Part shown: positions 53,238 through 64,000 of the stretch, one piece after another
Numbering within the stretch: position 1 is the first letter of the stretch
How the letters are laid out: each line of letters opens with the position of its first letter
Assembly: GCF_006345805.1 (NCBI RefSeq)
Contig: NC_042998.1
Location: 106,516,001-106,580,000, forward strand
Length of the DNA: 64,000 nt
Direction: 5' to 3'
DNA from: Octopus sinensis
Taxonomy: Eukaryota
Position numbers and translations under genes: made by a program
Notes under the pieces: generated by a model
Database searches by the model: none
Told to the model about the DNA's origin: nothing
The model's input: the letters and a program-made list of their open reading frames with translations, nothing else

Positions 53238-53790
53238 GTCAAATGAGTCTATCATGAAGATCACCCCACCACCTTTCTTTGGCTTGGAAGAAAAGGCAAT
53301 TGTTTTCCTCTGTCAGGTGGCTATGGCGAAAGTGGTAGTGTGGTGGACAAGATTGAAAGGACTGAAGGTAGATACTTTCCTCTTCAGCCAAGCCTTCATC
53401 AATGTTTCCAAGATCCACTTGAAAAAGAAAGTGAGAGTAGAGAGGGAAGTTCTGCCTCCCAGTAAATTTGTTGAAAGGTGGGTGCATGTGGCAAGGATGG
53501 CCCCTGTGAATGGGTTTACTCTGAACTTTCATTTGTAAACCAGAGGAGTTGAGAAAGAGAGAGAGGCACCTGCTGAGGTGCTTCTGGTGGTTGGGATAAC
53601 CAGAATGTGTGAGGTTCCTTGGTTGTCCCTGTGAGGAATTCCCCTCTTTTAGAGAATTTCATTGTTTAATTGTATTGTTGTCATTGTTATTTTATTGTTT
53701 ACTCAATTTTTGTGTTAAACCCCTCATGTCCCCAGTTTTGTATTGTCCCTATATGTTTTGCATTTGGCCCTTGTGGCCAATAAAGAAATG
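53238..53790 (+). mobile_element. L1/Tx1-like LINE 3' end
   Basis: FLCQVAMAKVVVWWTR..LKKKVRVERE..FVERW* resembles the Tx1 ORF2 C-terminus; the 3' UTR ends CCAATAAAGAAA. Confidence 0.65.
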
Positions 53791-54019
53791 ATAATTATTA
53801 TTATTAAGGTAGTGAGCTGGCAGAATCGTTAGCAGGCTGAGCAAAATGATTAGTGACATTTTGTTTATCCTTATGTTCTGAGTACCAGTCATACACTCGG
53901 GTCAATGTAATCAACTGGTCCCCTACCCAAAAATTTCAGGCCCTGTGCCTATAACAGCAAAGATTATTATTATTATTATTATTATCATTATTATCATTAT
54001 TATTATTATTATTATTATT

Positions 54020-54284
54020 TGATAAAAACTCTCAGCTTATTTTTCTGGGTATGATGGAAACTCAGCTGTTCACAGCCAGCAGACTAGGGTGACACTTGTT
54101 CACTGATCATGCTTCAAGAACCCTGCAAAGAATTCTTCCAGTTCCAAGCAATGCTGATTTTTGTAGGTGTTCTATCTTTACATTTGTACCAAGCTTTTTA
54201 AGCTATGTTAGTAGTTGAGTACTGATAGTTCCAAGTGCACCAATTACTATTGGTATCACGTCTACTCTCCTCATTGACCACAAC

Positions 54285-54285
<1 letters not shown>
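54020..54285 (-). mobile_element. Dong/R4 3' end (third family)
   Basis: LWSMRRVDVIPIVIGALGT..IEHLQKSALLGTGRILCRVL; between (ATT)n tracts. Confidence 0.8.
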
Positions 54286-54347
<62 letters not shown>

Positions 54348-54514
54348 GGACAATAGGAAGAGTATGATGTGATTTGTAATAGATTGTTTATTTGTCAAAA
54401 TATTGTTCAAACCAATTAAATAAACAATCTACTCAAATTACATTGTGCTCTTCTTATTGTTTATTTCCCTTCATGAACAGTTACGTCAATTGTAATGAAA
54501 TATTATTATTATTA

Positions 54515-54567
<53 letters not shown>

Positions 54568-54740
54568 GGACAATAGGAAGAGTATGATGTGATTTGTAAT
54601 AGATTGTTTATTTGTCAAAATATTGTTCAAACCAATTAAATAAACAATCTACTCAAATTACATTGTGCTCTTCTTATTGTTTATTTCCCTTCATGAACAG
54701 TTACGTCAATTGTAATGAAATATTATTATTATTATTTTTA
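54348..54740. repeat. Tandem duplication (period 220 bp) of a fold-back unit separated by (ATT)n
   Basis: 54348-54520 equals 54568-54740; each unit has ~43-bp imperfect inverted arms. Confidence 0.9.
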
Positions 54741-54767
54741 TTATTATTATTATTATTATTATCATTA

Positions 54768-56320
54768 TTTATTGTCTTTGCACAGCTTCTAACGCTGGAG
54801 ATGCACTACAGTGTCAGTTGTTCACTACCAGTGAACTAAGGTAATACTCCTTATTTTTCAAGCACCATTCGAAGTATTCAAGCGGTTCCGAGCAGTGCTG
54901 TTTTCTGCAAGTGCTCCACCCTTATTGCAGCCCATATTTGTTCCATGTACTTCTCAAGATTTTTATTCACTGTTCCCAGGGCTCCAACAACTATTGGTAC
55001 TACTACCACCTTTTTCAGCAACCACAACTGCTTAAACTCCCAAGCTAACCTGTCATACCTATTGACTTTTCTTTCTTCCCTATTGCATGCCTTGTTGTCA
55101 GCTGGGCATGATATATCTATGATCCAGCATCGTTTGCTTTCTTTCTCAATTACTACTATGTCTGGTTTCTTAACTTGATTTACTACTATGTCTGGTTTCT
55201 CAACTTGATTTCGAGCCGGGTCGTCTGCTGCTGGAGAGGACCGATCAGGTAAAGGACCTGGGTATCTTGGTGGATTCCTCCTTTTCGCCTTCGGCCCAGT
55301 GCGTCCATGCTGCCAACAAAGCACGCGGAATTCTGTTCTTGATTCGACGGTCATTCGGAATGCTCACGGCAGCCATATTCCTACCACTCTATGTCATACT
55401 GGTGAGACCCATATTGGAGTATGGGATTCAAGCCTCTTCTCCTTATCTCCTCAAAGACATACAGCATCTCGAAAGAGTCCAGAAGCTGGCTACCCGCATG
55501 GTTCATGGTCTCAAAAATTTGTCCTACGAAGAAAGGCTGAGGACGCTCGACCTTTATTCTCTTGAAAAACGCCGCCGCCGTGGTGATCTCATTCTCGCCC
55601 ACAACATCATAAGCGGAAAGTGTAACCTCTCGAAAGAGCTGTTCTTCACTCCTGCTCCAGAGCGTCGGCTGCGGGGTCATTCTGAAAAGCTCTACCTGCG
55701 ACGATTTCATCTCAATCGAAGGAGAGGAGCTTTCTCCGTCCGGGTTGCAGATCCGTGGAACAAGCTGCCAGACGAGATGGTGAAGATGCCGACGACCGCT
55801 TTGTTCAAAGCCTCCCTGGACCTCAAGTGGCCTGAACTCTTTACATGAACACCACCCTGTACTTAACTCCACATCCCCCTACATGGCCTTGCTATTTGCT
55901 TTTGAGCCAAATTAACTAACTAACTAACTAACTAACTATTCTCTATCTCATAGTTGCACTGAATCATAAAATCCCATAAGATCTTTGCATTATCATTTTT
56001 GATGATGCCTTCAGGTTTATGTTTATACCACTTTTTTACTCTGTCAAGTCCATACTTGTTGCAAAGTGTCCAATAGACAATCCTTGCTATATTGTCATGA
56101 TGTCTCTTATAGTGTTTCTGGGCTAGTTGCATACATCGACTGGTAATATGCAATAGGGTTTCATCATTTTGTCTACAAATTCTGCACTTATCACTTTCTG
56201 ATGTGTTATCTATTCTGTATTTGATGTAATTCGTTCTTAATGCCTGCTCTTAGACAGCACAGATTAGAGCCTCTGTTTCCAGTTTTAAATCACATTTAGT
56301 CATCCATAGCCATCTTTTTT
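54768..56320 (-). mobile_element. Dong/R4-clade LINE (family of 44058-44492) split by a CR1 insertion
   Basis: ETEALICAV, CRIC..HITSRC, ILWDFMIQC, then KPDIVV..IIDISCPAD..LQKTALLGTA. Confidence 0.88.
55200..55937 (+). mobile_element. Young CR1-clade LINE 3' fragment with uninterrupted ORF end and (CTAA)n tail
   Basis: VKDLGILVD..LVRPILEYG..LERVQKLATRMV..LSYEERL..RRRRGDLI..FSVRVADPWNKLP; CpG-rich. Confidence 0.92.
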
Positions 56321-56341
56321 TTTAAGAGAAAAAAAATTATT

Positions 56342-56400
<59 letters not shown>

Positions 56401-56419
56401 CATCATCATCATGTTCCAT

Positions 56420-57150
56420 TTTTGTAAATCTCAGACTCTTAGATGACTGCTCCCTAACATTTCCATTAGGGAACAGTCAACAAGCTAACAAATGTCTCCT
56501 TACATAAAATAGATTTTCTTTAAAATCCTTGCTGTCCCAAGAAATATTGTCTTTTGCATGACTTGTAACTTTGCAGTTCAGATTCAGATTTTTTTAATTC
56601 AGATTTTTTTAAACAGTCTTCAGAAATGTGTGATATGTATCCCAATGCTCTGATCACCACATTTGTTTTATTCTCCTTCAATTTCTTCAGCCAATCAGCA
56701 TTTTTGTTATACAGTACCTCATTATCTCAGATGTTTTATCAAAGATTTTTGCTTTCTTCTGCATCCAGTGTTACTCTTTCTTTCTTATTTTTACCTCCAA
56801 GGTCTTAGTACGCTCTTTTCTGATTGTACTGGAACATTTCATTGATCCTGTATTGTAGTGTTCTTTTTTCAAATCTTTTCAGCTTGAATGCCTTGATCTG
56901 CATCTTTTGTTTCATCTCCTCCATATCAATGTTTATACTTTTCTTCTGTATATCATACATCTTTTCTATTTCAAGATATTTATACTTCTTTTTCATCCCC
57001 CCATTTTTTTTCACATTCCAAGATGTTAATAGACTTTCTTAATTCATTAATTTACAAATCCCATTTTCCTTGCAACAAGCACAGCCATAACACCCGTAAG
57101 TTTATTTGTATCAGATATATTTTCCGTTCTAATATCTTGTAGTACTTCAT
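56420..57150 (-). mobile_element. Decayed Dong/R4 fragments (RLE end at 56420-56665; pre-RT region at 56665-57150)
   Basis: VVIRALGYIS; KLKRFEKRTLQYRINEMFQYNQKRAY. Confidence 0.6.
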
Positions 57151-57195
57151 TTATTTTCAGTCCATTCATTCAGATATGCTCTATTATTATCATCC

Positions 57196-57236
<41 letters not shown>

Positions 57237-57279
57237 TTCATCATCATCATCATCAGTAGTGGTGGTGGTGGTGGTGGTG

Positions 57280-57327
<48 letters not shown>

Positions 57328-57551
57328 TCATTATTATTATTAAGGCAGTGAGGTGGCAGAATTGTTAGCACGCTGGCCGAAATGCTTAGCAGCATTTCAT
57401 CTGTTCTTATGCTCCAAGTTCAAATTCTGCCAAGATCGACCTTGCCTTTCATCCTTTTGGTACCAGTTGATTATTGGGGTCAATGTAATCAACTTATCTC
57501 TCCCACAGACTTCAGGCTGTATGCTTTTCATAGAAAGGATTATCATTATTA

Positions 57552-57589
<38 letters not shown>

Positions 57590-57592
<3 letters not shown>

Positions 57593-58027
57593 TAGTTTTA
57601 TTTTTATAGCGTGCTTTCACTTCACTACTGAGCACAGCTCTGTGTGCCTTGGGTATGTGCTGTGATTTGTTGTGATGCTCTGATGGTTATTGTATGGAAA
57701 GTGTTCTGCGTAGGATGTGTGCAGTGCCTAGTAGTGCAATTTTCTGTATGTTATATGTGTTTGTAAGTCCTGGTGTTTTTGTTATGTATTTGTCTGAATA
57801 TTTTTTTATCATGCCTAATGCACCTACTATGATAGGAATTGTTTCTGTTTTCAGATTCCACATTCTAGTTACCTCTATTTCCAGGTCTTTGTATTTTGAG
57901 AGTTTCTCCATTTCTTTTAGAGACACGTTGTCATCAGCCGGTATTGATACATCAATTAGAAAGCATTTTTTTTCTTCATGATCTCTGACAATTATATCTG
58001 GTCTGTTGGCCTTAATTTCTCTATCTT
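57590..58027 (-). mobile_element. Dong/R4 3' end (further family)
   Basis: ANRPDIIV..LIDVSIP..KYKDLEIEVTRMW..IPIIVGALG..QKIALLGTAHILRR; between (ATT)n tracts. Confidence 0.9.
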
Positions 58028-58272
58028 ATTATTATTATTATTATTATTATTAAGGTGAGCTGGTAGAATGATTAGTGTGCTGGTCAAAATGCTTTGCAGG
58101 ATTTCATTCATCTTTATATTTCGAGTTCAAATTCCTCCAAAGTTGACCTTACCTTTCATCCTTTTGAGGCTGATAAAGTAAGTAGCAGTTAAGCAATGGG
58201 GTTAATGTAGTCAGCTAGCCACCTCCCACAACATTTCAATCCTTGTGCTTACATTAGAAAGAATTATTATTA

Positions 58273-58304
<32 letters not shown>

Positions 58305-58860
58305 GAGTGAGCGAGCAGAGCATGCCATCAAAGTGACACTGGGGTAAAATATACGAAGCCCAGTATACCCATCATGACTACCCGTCTGATAAGGGTACAC
58401 CAGGCACATGCATCACAACCATATGTGCGCGACATGGTGATCTCATATCAAGATAAACAGCACATGACCTTGCAGGTGGAGCCCAGTTAGAATTTTCTTC
58501 AGATCGAGTAACCCATCCCGCTCAAAAGGTCCTTGAATAAGGGTTGTTTAAGGACGTTGAACAAAACACCCATGTTTCCAGAGGTGAATTATTCAAACCC
58601 CAAAGAATCCTTCTCAACACATGGCTATGATGCTCCCCCACTACTTCTGCTCGTGATCAGAGATGCACATATCGTCAGCCACTAAGGGACATGTTCAACT
58701 GGTTAAGGTCAAACAACTGACAAGCAAATCTGTGGTATTGAGCAGAATATTTGCTGTAGCCCATCTTTTATACCAAGACAAAACAAAGTACATGATAACA
58801 CTTCCAATCAGTTAAGATCAGAAGCCATGAGAGCCACTGCCTGGTACTGCATCAGGGCAT
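58305..58860 (-). mobile_element. Family D non-coding retroposon, copy 2; a truncated copy 3 lies at 58935-59247
   Basis: GAGTGAG..GCATGCCATCAAAGTGACAC ... GGTACTGCATCAGGGCA ends, in (ATT)n. Confidence 0.85.
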
Positions 58861-58890
58861 TTATTATTATTATTATTATTATTATTATCT

Positions 58891-58930
<40 letters not shown>

Positions 58931-59245
58931 CATTGAGTGAGAGCACAATGCATGCCATCAAAGTGACACTTGGGTAAAATATACGAAGCCCATCATGGCT
59001 ACTCGTCTCATAAGGGTACACCAGGCACATGCATCACAACCATATGTGCGCGACATGGTGATCTCATATCAAGATAAACAGCACATGACCTTGCAGGTGG
59101 GGCCCAGTTAGAATTTTCTTCTGGTCAAGTAACCCATCCCACTCAAAAGGTCCCTGAATAGGAGGTGTTAAAGGATGTTGAACGAAACACCCATGTTTCC
59201 AGAGGTGAATTATTCAGGCCCCAAAGAATTATTCAGACCCCAAGA

Positions 59246-59280
<35 letters not shown>

Positions 59281-59717
59281 CATCATTACTCTTATTAGAC
59301 TGGGTAAGATGCTTAGTGGTATTACATCCATCTTTATGTTCTGAGTTCAAATTCCGCCAAGGTTGATTTTACCTTTCATCCAAGGTTGACTTTGTCTTTC
59401 ATAACATAAGTCCCAGTTGGGTACTGAGATTGATATAATCAACTATCCCCCTTCCCCAAATTCCAGGCCTATAGCAGAAGGGGTTGTTATTATTTTCATT
59501 ATTAAGGTGACAAGCTGGCAGAATTGTAAGTATGTCAGACAAAATGGTCAGTGGCATTTCTTTCAGCTCTATGTTCTAAGTTCAAACGTTGCTTTTCATC
59601 TTTCATGGTTGATAAAATATGTACCAGTTGATCACCGGGGTAATTGTAACCATGTAGCCCCATTCCCCAAAATTTCAGGCCTTGTGCCCATAGTAGAAAG
59701 GATTATTATTATTATTT

Positions 59718-60040
59718 TCAGTGACGCTTTTGTTTTGGGAGATGTTATACTGACACTATACCAAAGAGCAAGCCATATTCATTGGCCAAAGATCCTTTAG
59801 TTATTCTTTTTCCTTCAACTTTCTAACACCTCCTTTAGAATTCTTGCTGTTTCTAAGAAGGCTGTTTTCTGCAACAGCCCCATTCTGATGGTAATTCCTA
59901 GCTTCTCAAACAATGTATCCAACATTTAAATAACTGCTCCCAGTGTACCAACCACAATCAGTACTACTTCTATGTGCCTGATTCTCTATAGTTTACTGAT
60001 CGCCCACTTCAGCTCCTGATATTTTCCCCTTTCTCACTTT
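59718..60040 (-). mobile_element. Dong/R4 3' end (further family)
   Basis: RHIEVVLIVVGTLGAV..LLQKTAFLETARILKEVL. Confidence 0.75.
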
Positions 60041-60071
60041 CAACATTATCATCATCCTCATCTTCATGATG

Positions 60072-60115
<44 letters not shown>

Positions 60116-60122
60116 CATTATT

Positions 60123-60678
60123 GAGTGAGAGAGCAGTGCATACCATCAAAGTGACATTAGGGTAAAATATATGAAGCCCATTATACCCATCATGACTACC
60201 TGTCTGATAATGGTACACCAGGCACATGCATCACAACCATATGTGCGCAGCATGGTGATTTCATATCAAGATGAACAACGCATGACCTTGCAGGTGGGGC
60301 CCAGTTAGAATTTTCTTCTGGTTGAGTAGACCATCCCACTCAAAAGGTCCCTGAATAAGGATTGTTTAAGGATGCTGAACGAAACACCCATGTTTCCAAA
60401 GGTGAATTATCCAAACCTCTAAGAATTCCTTTCAACACGTGGCTATGATGCTCCCCCACTACTTCTGCTCATGATCAGAAATGTACATATCGTCAGCCAC
60501 TAAGGGACATGCTCAACTGGTTGAGGTCAAACAACTGACAAGCAAATCTGTGGTATTGTGCAGAATATTTGCTGTAGCCCATCTTTTGTACCAAGACAAA
60601 ACAATGTACATGATAACACTTCCAATCACTTAAGATCAGAAGCCATGAGAGACACTGCCTGGTACTGCATCAGGGCAA
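60123..60678 (-). mobile_element. Family D non-coding retroposon, copy 4
   Basis: Same sequence and ends as 58305-58860. Confidence 0.85.
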
Positions 60679-60699
60679 TTATTATTATTATTATTATTA

Positions 60700-60733
<34 letters not shown>

Positions 60734-61745
60734 ATTATTATTATCATTATTATTATTATTAGAGCTGTAGTTTGGCAGAATCGATTGAGCATCAAAAAAT
60801 AAATGTTCTATAGAATTTATTCTGACTCTTTACATTCTAAATTCAAATCATGTCAAGGCCAACTTTACTTTCCAGCCTTACAAAGTCTTTAAGATAAAGC
60901 ATTAGTGAAGCATGTGTGGATGGGGGAGATATAATTGATTAAACCATTCCACTTAAAATTGCTGGCCTAGTGCCTAAATTAGAAATTATCAACAAGGGTA
61001 TTGAACTTCACAGAATTGTTGGTGTGTCAGATGAAATACCTTGTGGTAGTCATTTCATTTCTTTACATTTCTGAGTTCAAAACATGTCAAAAGCAATTTT
61101 GCTTTTCATCTATCCAGAACTGGAACAATAAAGTACTTGTACCAAATACTGCAAGGGGTGATTTAATTGACTAACACCTCCCTTTGAAATTTCAGACTTT
61201 GGGCTTATGCTAAAAACAATTATGCCAATTGTTAAAAATTACACCTGATAATGCCCATGTTATACCTGATAATACTCATGTTGCAGGATGGATGATTAGC
61301 ATGTTGCAGATAACAAACAAAATTAGAATCAAAAGGAAAAAGATATAGATATAAACGTTATGAGACTACAGTCTGATAACTAAATTCCTCTGTGAATAAT
61401 GTTTCTTCCTTAATAATATGAAGAAATAATCAAAACTTCTGCTCTCAAAAATTATCTCACTCTTTCACTTTCCCTTACACTTATCCATTTCCTCATTTTC
61501 CCTGACTCACTCACTTGCTTACATTCTGTTTTCCTCAGCTTCACTCACTCAATTTCTTTCGATTTCTCATATATTTTTTCTATATTCTTCCTGTTTCTGA
61601 TTTCAGTAATGCCGTAGCAACCAGGATGGGACATCACCATTTGCTGGTAATTGTAGTTAAAGAGAGAATTATCCTCTCTTCTATGCTATAGCTAGTACGT
61701 CTGAGAATTTTAGTAACCAGTTTATTAATCCAGCTTTCATTGATA

Positions 61746-62921
61746 TTTGGTTGAAAAGGAAGTCCTGTGATGTATCAAGATGAGAAAGAAACATGCTTCT
61801 TTGGTCTTAATTGATATATTTAATCAAGATAATATTTGCCTTCATTATTGATAACACAATCCCATCTAATTGCCTCAACTGTTGATCACTCAGGTATAAA
61901 GTTCTTCTTCAGGTTTTGAAGCAAGCAAAAAAAAAACACTCAATGTTAATTTTAACCACTTCACAATTAATAAATTGTTTTCGCTCTTAACAATGATCTG
62001 AAAAGATGATAGTTGGACAAAGCATGGTCTGGAGAGTAAGAGGGATGAGGCAAAACTTCAGTATTTAGTAACATAATCTTTTCCTGAGTAAATTGGGCAA
62101 CATGAGGTCTTGCTTTATAATGTAAAAGCAATACCTCTTTATGACTAACCAATGATGGGCACTTTTTCTGCAAAATTTTGTGCAATGCTTTCAACTGACA
62201 ACTATACTTCTCAGCTTTAACTGTTTCATTTTGGTTTAACACTTCATGGTAGACAACACCCTTCATATTCCCTCAAACACAGAGCATAACTTTTTTATTG
62301 TATTTGAGGATGTATTTTCATTTTTCATTATGTTCTAACCATCGTCATTTTCAGTGGACATGATTATAGAGAGCTCACTTTTTATCACTTGTAATGATTC
62401 TTCCTAAGAAAGGTTTGGTAGCAAGTCTACTCTTCAATGACAAGCTGGGAAGCAATCAGATGATGAGGGGTCTTCTGACTAAATTTCAAAACTTTTCCAA
62501 GTTCATGAAAGTGTTTTGTAATTGAAGTGTGACTTATATTGAACTGCTTTGCTAATTCTTATGCAGAGTTACTTTAGATTTTCCCCAACTGTGGGTTTCA
62601 GAAGCTCAATACTGACAGAAGTTGGTCTTACAGATCAAAGGAAATATTCTGAGTAAAACAGGCTAAACAATCATCGACATATCCAGACACTTAAAGCTTA
62701 ATTTCCATGGACAGAACAAATATTTTTGTCACTTCCATTTCTGAGGAACCATTTTTCAATTCATATGGCATACAGTGTCCAATAAGCGTCAGATATAAAT
62801 TCATTTTAAAAGGGCAAAATTAATGTAGATTTAACCACTATGGTATAAAGTAAGCTGCAAAGAAAGAAAAAACATGAGAATGTTAAAAATAAAATGCAAC
62901 AGGACTTTCTTTTCAATCTAA
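61746..62921 (-). mobile_element. Old mariner transposon with a decayed transposase
   Basis: TIRs TTTGGTTGAAAAGGAAGTCCTGT and ACAGGACTTTCTTTTCAATCTAA with TA flanks; LHYKARPH..LPHPSYSPDHALSNYHLFRSL; RWDCVINNEGKY. Confidence 0.85.
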
Positions 62922-63099
62922 TACATTCTCCATCCGTGTTGTAAAGAGCTCTTCCATTCTATGATAATCCAAACTACTGTTTATGTATATGGAAACACAC
63001 ACACATGCAAACATGCATGCACACATACATACATGCACACACACCTGCACACATGCATGCACCAATGCTTGCGCTCATGCATGCATGTATGTATGTGTG

Positions 63100-63460
63100 T
63101 GTGTGTACACAAACAGGTAAAAGAGAACTCACTTCAAAATGTGTGCTCCATTGAATGCACAACGTTCATGTGCACGCATGACAAAGTGCCAATGTATGGA
63201 TAGAAAAATTAGGCAGAAGAAGAATCAGGTATAATGTGCATGAAAGATGGCTGCTCTGATATGGTCATGTGATCTGTATGGATGAGAACTGCATAAAAAT
63301 AGTGCCAATCGCTAAATGTGGATGGGAATTGTGGAACAGGAAAATCCTGGAAGACATGGGATGAAATAGTGAAGGCTGGTCTCAAGATATTGAACCCCAT
63401 AGAAGGGATGACAAAGGACTAAGATGATGTTGGAGAAGACTGCTGAAAAAGACCAGTCTT
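63100..63460 (+). mobile_element. RTE LINE C-terminal remnant
   Basis: *YGHVICMDE..GNCGTGKSWKTWDEIVK. Confidence 0.7.
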
Positions 63461-64000
63461 TCTCAATGAAAGTGATGTCCTAAAAGCATTATGTTTATGT
63501 TAATACATTCCCTAGCCCCTGCCCTTGTTCTCAAACTATCCCCACTAGGTCTTCCCCACTGCTCATCTTCTTAATACCCACAACTACTCATCATAGCCAC
63601 CCCTACATTTCTCTGCCATCCATTTCTGGCACTGTACATCTCCCCACTTCTCTCTCCCTTTTGCATGCCCCTTCCACTCTCCTACCTTGCACTTTATCTC
63701 CATGTTCCCAGATCTTCTAACAATGGCACTATTCAGCTGCTACATCATAAGAGAACAGAATATGCTTATGTTTCATCTCCTGTTTGGTTATCAGTTATCC
63801 TATCATGTCCCTGGAATCACTTCCTTTTAAAATCCATCCCTCATTCTCAATATCATCCCTTCTTAATTTCTCCTGATCCCTCCTTTCTGTGCCTCTAGTT
63901 ATCTCTCTTATGTCCTCTGAAATATATATTAGAACTGTCATTACCTTATGCTTAACACTCTCTCTTATCTGCTATCACTCTCATCATTGTCATATTTACC

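Noticed and set aside
55267-55848. Clean 193-aa ORF as a host gene
   Set aside because: It is the C-terminus of a CR1 ORF2 with a (CTAA)n tail and no true start
55911-55937. (CTAA)n run as telomeric sequence
   Set aside because: It is short, is not TTAGGG, and is positioned as the CR1 3' tail
58380-58400. CTGATAAG and CTGATGC in family D as hammerhead cores
   Set aside because: Neither matches CUGANGA, and no GAAA half is positioned after a stem II

Overview
This is AT-rich, microsatellite-saturated animal DNA, most likely from an octopod cephalopod judging by its SINE/LINE repertoire (inference). I can recognise no host protein-coding gene, rRNA, true tRNA or CRISPR array; most ORF-track entries are translations of simple repeats. 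The window is almost entirely transposable elements. DNA transposons: two full-length mariners (one nearly intact) and hAT-, pogo- and piggyBac-like MITEs. Retroelements: fragments of RTE, CR1, L1/Tx1 and Gypsy, about a dozen R4/Dong-type (restriction-like endonuclease) LINE fragments, two very abundant tRNA-derived SINE families, and two non-coding ~550-bp retroposons. The most notable structures are: (1) Penelope-like relics carrying hammerhead-ribozyme motifs, one with a tRNA-like Pol III cassette next to the GIY-YIG ORF end; (2) a ~20-kb orientation-locked nest of elements in (ATT)n tracts at 41.5-61 kb, with separate (ACAT)n-associated families at 24-35 kb; (3) modular SINEs that swap 3' tails between partner LINEs; (4) a variable-number hairpin array in an RTE 3' UTR. 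Coordinates of degenerate elements are approximate.
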